A DNA stretch of 64,000 nt from Elusimicrobia bacterium ADurb.Bin231 (lineage in GTDB: Bacteria > Elusimicrobiota > UBA8919 > MWCF01), in assembly GCA_002069855.1 (NCBI GenBank), contig MWCF01000007.1:2585-66584 (forward strand), in the 5' to 3' direction. Below, piece after piece: positions 40,973 through 51,760 of the stretch (position 1 is the first letter of the stretch; each line of letters opens with the position of its first letter). The position numbers were made by a program, and so were the translations under genes. The notes beneath the pieces were generated by a model that worked only from the letters and a program-made list of their open reading frames with translations, was not told the origin of the DNA and ran no database searches.

Positions 40973-41365
40973 TCACAACAACTCTTCGTTTTGTTTTATA
41001 AAGAAAACAAGTTCATCCATGCCTTTAAAGACATTAAAGTTGTAATTTGAAAGAAAATCGCACTCTGATTTTGCCGTAAGAGTCGCATAATCCTTAAGAG
41101 CTTTTGACAATAAATCATCTCTTGTTTCAGGGCAATCCCGGGTATAAACATAAAACATAAATTTTTTCTTTTCATCGTGATAAAGAACAAATTTTTCGAC
41201 ATAAAACATTAAACCGCAAACAGGACAAATAACGACATTTACCTCGCCGTTTAATAATTTTTCTTTAAGTTCCGGATTTTTTGTCACATTGATAGAATCC
41301 CACAATTTAGCCTGGAACTCAGCGTGGCAACGACATTCTACATCGTAAATCTGACAGGTGGACAT
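40973..41365 (-). CDS. CpXC-domain zinc-ribbon protein.
   Basis: 130 aa. N-terminal CQIYDVECRC and ICPVCG motifs. Confidence 0.5.
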   Translation of the reverse strand: MSTCQIYDVECRCHAEFQAKLWDSINVTKNPELKEKLLNGEVNVVICPVCGLMFYVEKFVLYHDEKKKFMFYVYTRDCPETRDDLLSKALKDYATLTAKSECDFLSNYNFNVFKGMDELVFFIKQNEELL

Positions 41366-41376
41366 AACTCATTCCT

Positions 41377-41973
41377 TTAATTTTTAAAATAATTTTTTAT
41401 AATCTTTTGCATGGATTTCAGCGCCTTGCCTCTATGGCTCACACTGTTTTTTTCAGTTAATGTCATCTCGGCAAAAGTCTTTTTAAAAGGCGGATAATAA
41501 AATACAGGATCAAATCCGAATCCTCTTTTGCCTGTAGGTTTTTCAATTATGTACCCAGACACCCGCCCTTTAACTATTTTTAGAGTTCCGTTGGCGAAAA
41601 CCACAGCCATAACAGTTCTAAATCTTGCGAACCTGTTTTTATACGGAATTCCCCGCAACAGAAACAATAATTTTTTAACATTGTCGGCGTATGTGCTTTT
41701 TTCTCCGGCAAATCTCGCGGAACGAACACCGGGCTGCCAGTCCAGTGCCTTTACTTCAAGGCCTGTATCATCAGCTATAACAGTCATACCGGAAACTTTA
41801 TAAAAAGCCATAGCTTTTTTAACGGCATTTTCTTCCAGGGTATTTCCGTCTTCAAGAACCGATGGCGGATTTTTAAGAGTAATTATATTATATTTTCCGC
41901 CAAGAAGTTTTTTAATTTCCTTTATTTTATCTTTGTTATTGGTAGCTAGAACTATATTATTTTTTAACTGCAT
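41377..41973 (-). CDS. rdgB: Non-canonical purine NTP pyrophosphatase (dITP/XTPase, HAM1/RdgB).
   Basis: 198 aa. IVLATNNKDKIKE N-terminus and FGFDPVF motif. Confidence 0.85.
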   Translation of the reverse strand: MQLKNNIVLATNNKDKIKEIKKLLGGKYNIITLKNPPSVLEDGNTLEENAVKKAMAFYKVSGMTVIADDTGLEVKALDWQPGVRSARFAGEKSTYADNVKKLLFLLRGIPYKNRFARFRTVMAVVFANGTLKIVKGRVSGYIIEKPTGKRGFGFDPVFYYPPFKKTFAEMTLTEKNSVSHRGKALKSMQKIIKNYFKN

Positions 41974-42667
41974 TTTTTTCTATTTTTACTATTTTTGAGA
42001 TACCCTTTTTGGCAAGTGCAATCAAGTCCCTTAATTGCATATCGGAAAATGTATATTCTTCTCCTGTGCCTTGTATTTCAATAAATCTGCCGGAACCTGT
42101 CATTACTATATTCATATCTACCGCCGCATCATTGTCTTCAGATTCGCATAAATCAAGCAATGGTTTGCCGTTTACTATACCCACGGACACAGCTGCGATA
42201 AAATCTTTTACCGGAAATGAATTTATCATTTTAAGTTTCATCATTTTTTTGAATGCTTCGCTCATGGCGATAAACGCCCCGTTTATGGAAGTTGTCCTTG
42301 TGCCCCCGTCCGCTTGTATAACATCGCAATCAATCATCACAGATCTTTCTCCGAGCAATGACAAATCCACAGAAGATCTCAAACTTCTTCCTATAAGCCG
42401 TTGAATTTCATGGGTTCGGCCGGCTGAAAAAGATCTTTGTCTGGAAGTTCTTCTTTTGCCTGCACGCGGAAGAAAAGAATATTCCGCAGACACCCAGCCA
42501 GTACCGCTGCCCACCAGATGAGGCGGAACAGTTTCCTGTATAGTTGCTGCGCACAGCACCTTGGTATCGCCAAAACTTATAAAACATGAGCCGTCAGCGT
42601 ATTTCTGATATCGTTTTTTAATGTAAATCTTTCTAAGTTCGTCAGCTTTTCTTCCGTCTTTTCGCAT
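41957..42667 (-). CDS. rph: Ribonuclease PH.
   Basis: 236 aa. RKDGRKADELR N-terminus. GTGW and CDVIQADGGTRT motifs. Confidence 0.9.
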   Translation of the reverse strand: MRKDGRKADELRKIYIKKRYQKYADGSCFISFGDTKVLCAATIQETVPPHLVGSGTGWVSAEYSFLPRAGKRRTSRQRSFSAGRTHEIQRLIGRSLRSSVDLSLLGERSVMIDCDVIQADGGTRTTSINGAFIAMSEAFKKMMKLKMINSFPVKDFIAAVSVGIVNGKPLLDLCESEDNDAAVDMNIVMTGSGRFIEIQGTGEEYTFSDMQLRDLIALAKKGISKIVKIEKNAVKK

Positions 42668-45595
42668 TTATCCGCCTATATTAACAATAAGATTTGCGTA
42701 CTTTGTCTTCTTGCCGCACGCTTCAATGTACCTGGCTTTGACTCTTTGAACTTCTTCAGGAATCGCTTTGTCCATAAAATTTTTGTTTTCAAGTTTTTTT
42801 AGATAACCGGAAATTTCCTGCTCAAGTTTGGATATTTTGATTTCTAATCTTTTCTTTTCCGCTGTAAAATCTATCTTGCCTTCAAGAGGTATAAATATTT
42901 CGGCATCACCCACAACCGCGGAAGCGGAATGAGCGGGATTGGCGTCCTTTTCCTTTATGAATTTCACAGATTCCGCTTTACCTAACATCTTTATGTACTC
43001 CGCATATCCGCTTATGGTTTTTTCAGAACAAGAATCCGCAATTCTTAAGTATACTTCCACTGTTTCTCCGGGTTTAATGTTCATTTCAGAACGAATATTC
43101 CGTATCGCAGAAATAATATCTATGATCTTTTCCACATCGGCTGTATCTTGATTAGGCACATTTCTCTTTACTGATAGAGCTCGCGGATATTCGCAAGAAA
43201 GTATGCTCCCGGGATTATCTTTATTTATATATCCGTAAATTTCTTCCGTTATAAAAGGCATAATAGGATGAAGCAATTTTATGATATTTTCAAGCACTTC
43301 CAAATGAATCTTTAAAACTGTATTCCTCTGCTTTCTGTCGGAGCCATACATCCTGACCTTTGAAAACTCAACATACCAGTCACAATATTTTGCCCAGATG
43401 AATTCGTATAATGTCCTTGCTGCTTCCGCCGGGTTATAAGAATCTATAGCTGCATTTGCGCTCTCAATCGCGGCGGCTAATTCTGAAAGAATCCATTTGT
43501 CTATGTTTTCCAATTCGCATTCTTTTGAAACGAAATCTTTGTCTGAATCATCGAGATTCATAAGAATAAACCTGGAAACATTCCAAATCTTATTGGTAAA
43601 ATTTCTTGCCATTATAAAATTTTCGTCTGAAATCTGCATGTCTCTTCCGGGAATGCTTTGATACGCGAGAGCAAAACGCAGCGCATCTGTTCCGTACTTA
43701 TCCATAATGGTGAGAGGATCTATAACATTGCCAAGAGACTTTGACATTTTTTTACCGTGGGAATCGCGAACTATGCCGTGAATGTAAACATTCTTAAACG
43801 GCACTTCTTTTTTAAAATACAACCCGGTCATTACCATTCTGGCAACCCACAGATATAATATTTCATGTCCAGTAACAAGCACATCAGTAGGATAATAATA
43901 ATTTAGATCCCCGTTGTTTTCCGGCCAACCGAATACAGACATCGGCCAAAGAGCCGAGGAGAACCAAGTGTCAAGAACATCAGGATCCCGAAGAAAATCC
44001 GATTTGCCGCAATGCGGGCATTTAGACGGCTCATGTCTGGAAGCGACAACTCCTTTCACATCCTTCGACATATTTTCTACGGTAATGGAAGCATTTTGTT
44101 TAATATATTCCGGGGTAAGGTGCATTGTGTTGAGCATCCAATCAACGGTGCCAGAACAAGACGAAGAAAAATCGTCTTTCCCTTGATCCGGCGCAATTGA
44201 TTCTTTTTTATCAGGACAGCAAACCGCCTGTATATCCTTTCCCGCGCAATGCATGCAATACCACAGCGGAATTCTATGCCCCCACCATATCTGTCTGGAT
44301 ATGCACCAGTCCTTAAGATTTTCAAGCCAAAGAATATATGGTTTATACCAAGATTCCGGGAAAAACACAGTTTCTCTTTTTTTTGCCGACTCAATGGCAA
44401 TCGCAGATAGTTCAGACATTTTCAAAAACCATTGTCTAGACACAAGCGGTTCCGTGGCAGTATCACACCTATAACATCTCGTTATGGGAAGCGTATAATT
44501 TTCTTCCTTTTCCAAAAAACCCTTGTTTTTTAATTCATCCAGCAGGATTTTTCTCGCTTCATATCTATCTTTAGACCACAAGTGTTCCAATACTAAATGC
44601 CCGGCGCCTTTTTCTTTATCAATGATCGGCTGCCTTTTCAAATCAAGAGATATGTGAGATGTGATTTTTGCCTCTTTGTCAATGACATGAATAAAAACAA
44701 GGTTGTGCCTGATAGCGGTTTCAGCGTCGTTCCTGTCATGCGCAGGCGTAATTTTAACAGCTCCTGTACCGAACTTAGGATCAACCATTTCATCCGCAAT
44801 TATCGGTATAATTCTATTTACAAGAGGAAGAACAGCATATTTTCCGATAAATTTTTTATACCTTTCGTCTGACGGATTTACAGCCACAGCAGTATCTCCG
44901 AGCATAGTTTCAGGCCTGGTGGTGGCAACTGTTATATAATTCTCAAAAATATTTTTACAATCTTCTTCAGGACAATTAACTACAGGATATTTTATATGCC
45001 ATAAATGCCCTTTTTCATTTTCCTGTTCAACTTCGCTTTCATTTAATGCGGTACCGCAGCGTGGGCACCAGTCAACTATCCTCTCACCTCTGTAAATATA
45101 TCCTTTGTTGAAAAACTCCACAAACGCAGCATTTACGGCGCCGCACCGTTTTTCATCCATAGTAAAGGAAGTTCTATCCCAGTCGCATGAACAGCCGAGC
45201 TTGCGCAACTGATATAAAATAGTGTCTCCTGTTTCTTTGCGCCATTGCCACATCGTTTCTATAAACTTATTCCGGCCAAGAGTTTCCTTGCGTTTGCCTT
45301 CTTTTTTCAGAAGTTTTTCAACCACATTTTGAGTCGCTATTCCGCCGTGATCAGTGCCGGGGACCCAGCAGGCGTTATAACCTGTCATGGTTTTATATCT
45401 TATTAGAATGTCTTGCAGCAAATTATTAAGAGCGTGGCCCATATGAAGAGAACCCGTAACATTCGGAGGAGGGATTACTATTGTAAACGGCTTTTTTGCC
45501 TTATCCGGCATAGAATGGAATAAACGTTTTTCAGCCCATTCTTTCAGCCATTTTTCTTCCACATCTTTAGGTGAATACGCTTTTTCCATTTCCAT
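42668..45595 (-). CDS. valS: Valyl-tRNA synthetase with an extra Cys-rich insertion and C-terminal coiled coil.
   Basis: PPPNVTGSLHMGHA and KMSKSLGN motifs. 975 aa. Insertion CMHCAGK...CCPDKK...CPHCGK between HRIPLWY and DVLDTWFSS. Confidence 0.9.
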   Translation of the reverse strand: MEMEKAYSPKDVEEKWLKEWAEKRLFHSMPDKAKKPFTIVIPPPNVTGSLHMGHALNNLLQDILIRYKTMTGYNACWVPGTDHGGIATQNVVEKLLKKEGKRKETLGRNKFIETMWQWRKETGDTILYQLRKLGCSCDWDRTSFTMDEKRCGAVNAAFVEFFNKGYIYRGERIVDWCPRCGTALNESEVEQENEKGHLWHIKYPVVNCPEEDCKNIFENYITVATTRPETMLGDTAVAVNPSDERYKKFIGKYAVLPLVNRIIPIIADEMVDPKFGTGAVKITPAHDRNDAETAIRHNLVFIHVIDKEAKITSHISLDLKRQPIIDKEKGAGHLVLEHLWSKDRYEARKILLDELKNKGFLEKEENYTLPITRCYRCDTATEPLVSRQWFLKMSELSAIAIESAKKRETVFFPESWYKPYILWLENLKDWCISRQIWWGHRIPLWYCMHCAGKDIQAVCCPDKKESIAPDQGKDDFSSSCSGTVDWMLNTMHLTPEYIKQNASITVENMSKDVKGVVASRHEPSKCPHCGKSDFLRDPDVLDTWFSSALWPMSVFGWPENNGDLNYYYPTDVLVTGHEILYLWVARMVMTGLYFKKEVPFKNVYIHGIVRDSHGKKMSKSLGNVIDPLTIMDKYGTDALRFALAYQSIPGRDMQISDENFIMARNFTNKIWNVSRFILMNLDDSDKDFVSKECELENIDKWILSELAAAIESANAAIDSYNPAEAARTLYEFIWAKYCDWYVEFSKVRMYGSDRKQRNTVLKIHLEVLENIIKLLHPIMPFITEEIYGYINKDNPGSILSCEYPRALSVKRNVPNQDTADVEKIIDIISAIRNIRSEMNIKPGETVEVYLRIADSCSEKTISGYAEYIKMLGKAESVKFIKEKDANPAHSASAVVGDAEIFIPLEGKIDFTAEKKRLEIKISKLEQEISGYLKKLENKNFMDKAIPEEVQRVKARYIEACGKKTKYANLIVNIGG

Positions 45596-45632
45596 AATAT
45601 TCGAAAAAAAATTGCCTCTCTGAAATAAAAAG

Positions 45633-45705
<73 letters not shown>

Positions 45706-45920
45706 ATTTCATTATTCACGAATATTTTACAAAATTTCGATATTTTGTCAAACAAAACTTTTTTTGACATGAATTAATTCTACTGTTCTAAAAGCTTTAT
45801 ACAAAATAATATGCGGACAATTTTTCACAATCGTTTGCTCGATAATTCAATTATAAATTATAAAAAAGGCTCCTTGCCAAGCAATTGTTTGCCAATGGTT
45901 TTTCAAGCAAGTCGCAAACA

Positions 45921-45954
45921 ATAAAAAAGTATTCCGATTAAGAATACTTTTTTG
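45921..45954 (-). terminator. Rho-independent terminator downstream of etfA (end of acd-etfB-etfA operon).
   Basis: Perfect 8-bp stem aagtattc/gaatactt (45927-45934 and 45942-45949), 7-nt loop, A-run on the left and T-run on the right. Confidence 0.55.
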
Positions 45955-46024
45955 TTATTCTATTTGCATTTCAAATCACAAAAATTTTACTCCAATAATC
46001 TTTTCGAAAAAGAGTAAAAAAATA

Positions 46025-47236
46025 TTATTTTTTTAATTCTTTTATTATTTCAGGAACAATTTGGTACAAATCGCCTTCAATCGCATAAGTAGCAAGTTTC
46101 ATCATAGGGCATTCTGGATCTTTATTTATAGCCACTATTATCTCAGATGATTGCATGCCCACAAGATGTTGTATCTGGCCGGAAATGCCGCACGCTATAT
46201 ATAATTTCGGAGCAACTGTCCGGCCGGTTTGACCGACCTGATGCGAATAAGGAATCCATCCGGCGTCTACCGCGGATCTGGAAGCTCCTACCGCGCCGCC
46301 CAAGATTTTGGCAAGTTCCTCTATTAATGCGAATCCTTCGGGTTTTCCAAGACCTCTGCCGGCTGAAACAATTATATCTGCTTCTGATATATTTATCTTC
46401 TGAGAAATATCTGCGACAAATTGCAAAAATTTTGTTCTATTGTTAATAGTCCGCGGTTCAAAGGATTTTTTTATTATTCCCCCCTGCCTGGTTTCATTTT
46501 TTTTCGGGGCGCAAAACACCTTATGCCTTACGGTAGCCATTTGCGGCCTGTGATCTTTTGTGAGTATCGTAGCCATAATATTTCCGCCGAAAGCGGGACG
46601 GGTTTGCATCAGATTGCGGGTTTCAGGATCAACATCCAGCCCGGTGCAATCAGCAGTAAGACCCGTGCGTATTTTCGCAGCTACGCGGGAAGCGAAACTT
46701 CTGCCTATGTTGGTCGCGCCCATCAGAATAATTTCAGGTTTTTCCTCTTCTATCAGATTGGATAAAAGATACGAATACGGATCATCCTGAAACTCTGCGA
46801 GTATTTCATGGTCATATAAATATACTTTGTCTGCGCCGCAAGCAATCAGGTCAGCGGCTTTATTTTCTATTTTATGCCCCATCAAAACCGCGCAAAGTTC
46901 TACACCAAGTTTATCCGCGAGTTCTCTGCCTTTCCCGAGAAGTTCATAAACCACATGAGAAATCTCTCCGTGTCTCTGTTCAGCGTAAACCCACACACCT
47001 CTGTAATTATTTTTGTCAGGAGCTGAAACGCATACATCCTTTTCCATAACTATTGCTTTATATTTTTTGCATGCTTCGACGCAAGCGCCGCAATAAGTAC
47101 ATTTCATTTCATCAATAACGGCAAGTTTCAATTTCCTGTCAGGTATTGAAACCAATGATATCGCGCCAAAAGGGCATGATTTAACGCACAACCCGCATCC
47201 TATACATTTCTCGGACAGAATAATAATTTTACTCAT
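46025..47236 (-). CDS. etfA: Electron transfer flavoprotein alpha subunit with N-terminal 2x[4Fe-4S] ferredoxin domain.
   Basis: 403 aa. Two CxxCxxCxxxCP-type clusters ([25 protein letters not shown]). Followed by EtfA FAD-binding motifs ([14 protein letters not shown]). Confidence 0.85.
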   Translation of the reverse strand: MSKIIILSEKCIGCGLCVKSCPFGAISLVSIPDRKLKLAVIDEMKCTYCGACVEACKKYKAIVMEKDVCVSAPDKNNYRGVWVYAEQRHGEISHVVYELLGKGRELADKLGVELCAVLMGHKIENKAADLIACGADKVYLYDHEILAEFQDDPYSYLLSNLIEEEKPEIILMGATNIGRSFASRVAAKIRTGLTADCTGLDVDPETRNLMQTRPAFGGNIMATILTKDHRPQMATVRHKVFCAPKKNETRQGGIIKKSFEPRTINNRTKFLQFVADISQKINISEADIIVSAGRGLGKPEGFALIEELAKILGGAVGASRSAVDAGWIPYSHQVGQTGRTVAPKLYIACGISGQIQHLVGMQSSEIIVAINKDPECPMMKLATYAIEGDLYQIVPEIIKELKK

Positions 47237-47247
47237 TGTTTTCCCTT

Positions 47248-48033
47248 TTAAATAATTTTAATTTCTTTCAGTTTCCCGACTAACTTGCATGCCTGTTCCT
47301 GAGGCTCTCCGGCTATTCTTTCTCCGCCTTGCCTCTGTGGAGGAGTAAAAACCTTCATTACAGTGGTAGGCGAACCGCAAACTCCGATTTTAGTCGCATC
47401 AGCTTCAATCTGTTCAGCATTTAAATGTTTTATTTCAGCCTTTTTAGAAAACATCATTCCTCGCAAAGACGGAAGACGGGGAGTGTTTATTTCTTTGACT
47501 ACCGTAAAAAGACAAGGCAATGGCGTTTCCACAACGTCATAACCGTCTTCCATAAATCGCTCAACAACAGCCGAATTATTTTCTATTTTTTCTATCTTTT
47601 TAACATATGCGACATGGGGAATATTAAGCATTTCAGCCACACCAGGCCCTACCTGCGCTGTGTCACCGTCAATAGCCTGTTTCCCGCACAATATAACATC
47701 GTAATTACCTAATTTCTTTATACTTTGAGCCAAAGTGTAAGAGGTTGCCCACGTGTCAGAACCGGCAAAAGCCCGATCTGAAACAAGTACTGCGTCATCG
47801 CATCCCATGGCAAGAGTTTCTCTGAGAGCGCGATCTGCCTGAGGAGGTCCCATTGTTAAAACGGTTATCTTACCGGTAAATTTTTCCTTTAAGCGGATCG
47901 CCTCTTCTACGGCATAAAGATCAAACGGATTTACCTGCGCCTCAACGCCTTCTCTTTTCAACGTTCCTGTCTTATCGTCTATTTTGACATTCGTAGTAGC
48001 AGGAACCTGCTTTATTAAAACTATTATATTCAT
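47248..48033 (-). CDS. etfB: Electron transfer flavoprotein beta subunit.
   Basis: 261 aa. [11 protein letters not shown] start. [17 protein letters not shown] motif. Confidence 0.85.
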   Translation of the reverse strand: MNIIVLIKQVPATTNVKIDDKTGTLKREGVEAQVNPFDLYAVEEAIRLKEKFTGKITVLTMGPPQADRALRETLAMGCDDAVLVSDRAFAGSDTWATSYTLAQSIKKLGNYDVILCGKQAIDGDTAQVGPGVAEMLNIPHVAYVKKIEKIENNSAVVERFMEDGYDVVETPLPCLFTVVKEINTPRLPSLRGMMFSKKAEIKHLNAEQIEADATKIGVCGSPTTVMKVFTPPQRQGGERIAGEPQEQACKLVGKLKEIKII

Positions 48034-48088
48034 AGTATTTCAAACTCCCATAAAAATATTTAAGCGTATGAAGTTCTTAGACGCGGCT

Positions 48089-49246
48089 TTATTTCTTCTT
48101 CGCAGATTTCTTGATCAGATCCAAGGCTATAACATTTCTCTGTATCTGATTAGTTCCTTCATAGATCTGAGTAATTTTCGCGTCCCGCATCATTTTTTCG
48201 ACGGGATATTCCTTCATATATCCGTACCCGCCGAATATCTGCACGGCATCCGTTGTAACTTTCATCGCCGTATCCGACGCGAAAAGTTTGCACATCGCGG
48301 AAATACCGGAAATATCTTTTTCCTTATTATCTATCGCTCTTGCAGTTAAATATATAAGAGCTCTGGCAGCTTCAACCTGTGTCGCCATATCGGCAAGCAT
48401 ATGCTGTATTGCCTGAAAACCAGATATCGGATGACCGAATTGTTTTCTTGTTTTTGAATACTCGACTGCTTCGTCAAGAGCTCCCGCTGCTATACCGAGC
48501 GCCTGCGCAGCAACACCAGGCCGCGACTGGTCAAGAGTTTTCATCGCTACTATAAAACCCGCTCCTTCTCTGCCCAATAAATTCTCTTTGGGAATTCTGC
48601 AATCTTGAAATATTAACTCGCAAGTGGCAGAAGCTCTGATTCCCATTTTGTCCTCTTTCTTGCCGAAAGTAAATCCCGGGGTGCCTTTTTCAACTATAAA
48701 AGCAGAAGCGCCGCGCGAACCTTTCGCCTTGTCCGTCATCGCGATAACCGTGTATATTTCAGCGACTCCGCCGTTTGTTATAAAACATTTCGTGCCGTTT
48801 AACACATAATGGTCTCCGTCTTTTACGGCAGTAGTCTTAGTGGCTCCGGCATCGCTGCCTGCTTCAGGTTCCGTAAGACCGAAGGCTGCCAGACATTCCC
48901 CTTTCGTTATTCTTGTAAGATATTTATTTTTCTGTTCATCCGTGCCGAACAATAGTATAGGGAAAGTTCCAAGCGCTGTAGCGGCAAGAGAAAGAGATAT
49001 TCCTCCATCCACCTTGCATAACTCTTCCACAGCAAGACAAAGCTCAACAACGCCCCCTCCGAAACCGCCGTATTGCTGAGGTATATATAACCCCATAAGA
49101 TCCGCTTGCGCGAGCTCTTTCACTATTTCCCAAGGGAACTCGCCGGATTCGTCATACTGCTGCCGCACCGGTTTAATCTTTTCCTGGGCAATCTTTTTTG
49201 CCAATTCAACTATCATTTTCTGTTCGTCGGTGAAAAAATATTCCAT
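48089..49246 (-). CDS. Short-chain acyl-CoA (butyryl-CoA-type) dehydrogenase.
   Basis: 385 aa. ACAD motifs (GLTEPEAGSDAG, QIFGGYGY, catalytic YEGT region). Confidence 0.85.
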   Translation of the reverse strand: MEYFFTDEQKMIVELAKKIAQEKIKPVRQQYDESGEFPWEIVKELAQADLMGLYIPQQYGGFGGGVVELCLAVEELCKVDGGISLSLAATALGTFPILLFGTDEQKNKYLTRITKGECLAAFGLTEPEAGSDAGATKTTAVKDGDHYVLNGTKCFITNGGVAEIYTVIAMTDKAKGSRGASAFIVEKGTPGFTFGKKEDKMGIRASATCELIFQDCRIPKENLLGREGAGFIVAMKTLDQSRPGVAAQALGIAAGALDEAVEYSKTRKQFGHPISGFQAIQHMLADMATQVEAARALIYLTARAIDNKEKDISGISAMCKLFASDTAMKVTTDAVQIFGGYGYMKEYPVEKMMRDAKITQIYEGTNQIQRNVIALDLIKKSAKKK

Positions 49247-49261
49247 AAACTACCTCCAGAT

Positions 49262-49960
49262 CTAGCACGGTTTATCGTGATTATATATTTTTTTCAATGC
49301 CTCGCAGGCTGCCGCCTGCTGAGCTTCCTTTTTATTTTTACCTATGCCGGTTCCCATAACTTTTTTATTTATTGAAACCAAAATCTTAAATAATTTGGCA
49401 TGCTCCGGGCCGGCTGATGCTATAATATCATAATGCGGTACTGTCTTATATTCGCATTGCACTATTTCCTGCAACTGCGATTTAAAGTCTTCTATAACAA
49501 TTTCTTTCGAATCAAGATTTTCGAAAATAAATTTTTTCGAAGTTTCGAATCCTGAATCAATAAAAATCGCCCCAATGACCGCTTCCATTGTATTTGAGAG
49601 AATCGACTCTTTTTTCCTTCCGCCAGTCAGTTCTTCAGACTCCGAAATACGGACATATCTTGCTATATCATATTTTTGCGACCAATTAAAAAGCATTTTC
49701 CTGCTTACAGCAGTTGATTTCAATTTAGAAAGTGTCCCTTCATCGGTATCCGGATATTTATTAAACAGATACAACCCCGCAGCCAAAGATAAAACGGCAT
49801 CTCCCAAAAATTCCAGACGTTCGTTATGAGCATCAATGCCTTTTTCCACCGCGAATGATTTATGAGTCAGCGCCTGTTCTAAATATTCCGCACGCTTGAA
49901 TCCTATACCAAGAACTTTCTGAAAATTTTGCGTCCAGTTTTTTCCGGCATTATGATTCAT
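49262..49960 (-). CDS. rnc: Ribonuclease III.
   Basis: 232 aa. NERLEFLGDAVL signature. C-terminal dsRBD. Confidence 0.85.
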   Translation of the reverse strand: MNHNAGKNWTQNFQKVLGIGFKRAEYLEQALTHKSFAVEKGIDAHNERLEFLGDAVLSLAAGLYLFNKYPDTDEGTLSKLKSTAVSRKMLFNWSQKYDIARYVRISESEELTGGRKKESILSNTMEAVIGAIFIDSGFETSKKFIFENLDSKEIVIEDFKSQLQEIVQCEYKTVPHYDIIASAGPEHAKLFKILVSINKKVMGTGIGKNKKEAQQAAACEALKKIYNHDKPC

Positions 49961-49965
49961 ATATT

Positions 49966-51216
49966 TTATTCATGCGCTTTCAAAACAAGCGACGCATTAT
50001 GCCCGCCAAAACCGAGCGAATTTTTCAGAACCGCGCGAACTTTCTTTTCCCGCGGTTTGTTAGGCACATAATCAAGATCACAATCCGGATCCGGAAATTC
50101 GTAATTTATAGTCGGATGTATAATGCCACGCTCTATTGAAAGCGATGAAGCAATAACCTCCACAGCTCCGGCTGCGCCAAGCAAATGACCAACCATAGAT
50201 TTTGTGGAAGAAACAGCAAGTTTTTTAGCATGTTCGCCAAAAACTTTTTTTATAGCTCCTGTCTCGGATTTATCGTTAAGTTCCGTTGATGTCCCATGAG
50301 CGTTCACATAATCTATGTCTTCTGCTGTAATTCCGGCGTCGGATATAGCGGCGGACATAGCAAAAGAAGAAGCTACAGCGTTAGGCTCCGGAGCGGTAAT
50401 ATGATAGGCATCGTCGGAAGCTCCATACCCTGCGATCTCACAATAAATCCTTGCCCCTCTCGCTTTGGCATGTTCTTCAGTTTCCAGCACAACAATGCCT
50501 GCACCTTCACCCATTATAAAACCGTCCCTCTTAGCGTCAAAAGGTCTTGATGCCTTTTGCGGATCGTCATTCCTTGTAGACAATGCTTTAAGCGAACAAA
50601 AACCGGCAAGTCCAAGCGGAGTAATCGCGGCTTCCGTGCCGCCTGCTAAAGCCACATCCAAATCTCCGTATCTGATAAGACGCAAAGCATCCCCTATGCA
50701 ATGAGTGGAGGAAGCGCAAGCGGAAGTAATTGCATAATTAACTCCCATTAAACCATAATTTATCGCAACCTCTCCTGCAGCCATATTAGTAATCAGCATT
50801 GGAATAAAAAACGGAGAAATTCTATTTGCACCTTTTTCAAACATCACTCTGGACTGTTCTTCTATGGTATTTAATCCGCCTATTCCGCTGCCTATGATTA
50901 CTCCGCAGCGGGTTCTGGTTTCTTTTGTAAAATCTATACCGGAATCCTCTACGGCAAGTTTTGAAGCCGCAAAAGCAAACTGAACAAACCTGTCCATCCG
51001 ACGCGCCTTCTTTTTATCCGTATACAGTTCCGGATTAAAATCATTTATGCACGCGCCTATCTTGGCTGAATGTTTTGAAGTATCAAAATGTTTAATCAAA
51101 TCAACTCCGGATTTCCCATCCATTAGAGATTTCCAGAATTCTTCTTTACCGGAGCCTATAGGTGAAACAACACCCAAACCGGTAATCACAACCTTTTTCC
51201 GCATATTGCCCTCCAA
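49966..51216 (-). CDS. fabF: 3-oxoacyl-ACP synthase II.
   Basis: 416 aa. Active-site Cys (ITSACASS). His-His motifs (NAHGTST, GHLLGAAG). Confidence 0.9.
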   Translation of the reverse strand: MEGNMRKKVVITGLGVVSPIGSGKEEFWKSLMDGKSGVDLIKHFDTSKHSAKIGACINDFNPELYTDKKKARRMDRFVQFAFAASKLAVEDSGIDFTKETRTRCGVIIGSGIGGLNTIEEQSRVMFEKGANRISPFFIPMLITNMAAGEVAINYGLMGVNYAITSACASSTHCIGDALRLIRYGDLDVALAGGTEAAITPLGLAGFCSLKALSTRNDDPQKASRPFDAKRDGFIMGEGAGIVVLETEEHAKARGARIYCEIAGYGASDDAYHITAPEPNAVASSFAMSAAISDAGITAEDIDYVNAHGTSTELNDKSETGAIKKVFGEHAKKLAVSSTKSMVGHLLGAAGAVEVIASSLSIERGIIHPTINYEFPDPDCDLDYVPNKPREKKVRAVLKNSLGFGGHNASLVLKAHE

Positions 51217-51421
51217 AATATAATTCCTTTCGGCAAAATATATTAGTTTGATTATTTAATAAATTTGTAAACCGACCAAAATTATTTTTATCTCTTTGTT
51301 TTTCCTGCCGATATATAGCAAACGAAACCGGAGATTAAACGGATTTACAAATTATGATATTTCATTATATAAAGATATATCCCGAATAATTAACAGCTAA
51401 ATCCCGAACTCAATAAACGAT

Positions 51422-51658
51422 TTACTGTTTAAAATTTGCTTTAATATAATCAATCGCCTGACCGACTGTAGTTATTTTTGACGCTTCTTCATCAGGTATT
51501 TCAAGTTTAAATTCTTCTTCAAGCGCCATAACAAGCTCTACCGTATCAAGTGAATCTGCTCCAAGATCGTTGATAAATGATGCCGCAGGCACAACTTTAT
51601 CGGCATCCACACCCAATTGTTCAGCTACTATTTCTTTAACCTTTGCTTCTACATCCAT
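51422..51658 (-). CDS. acpP: Acyl carrier protein.
   Basis: 78 aa. [19 protein letters not shown] phosphopantetheine site. Confidence 0.95.
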   Translation of the reverse strand: MDVEAKVKEIVAEQLGVDADKVVPAASFINDLGADSLDTVELVMALEEEFKLEIPDEEASKITTVGQAIDYIKANFKQ

Positions 51659-51760
51659 AATACTTCCTCCTTTTTTAATTAAAAAGAAAATGACCTAAAA
51701 AACAGTGATTATAGTCCGTCCACTTTCTTAATATTTTTTTAAAATCAGTTTTATCTCTGC

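Noticed and set aside
45596-45632. Looked for T-box leaders upstream of valS and trpS (34940-34973).
   Set aside because: Spacers are only about 35 nt, far too short for a T-box (about 250 nt). No specifier/antiterminator sequences seen.
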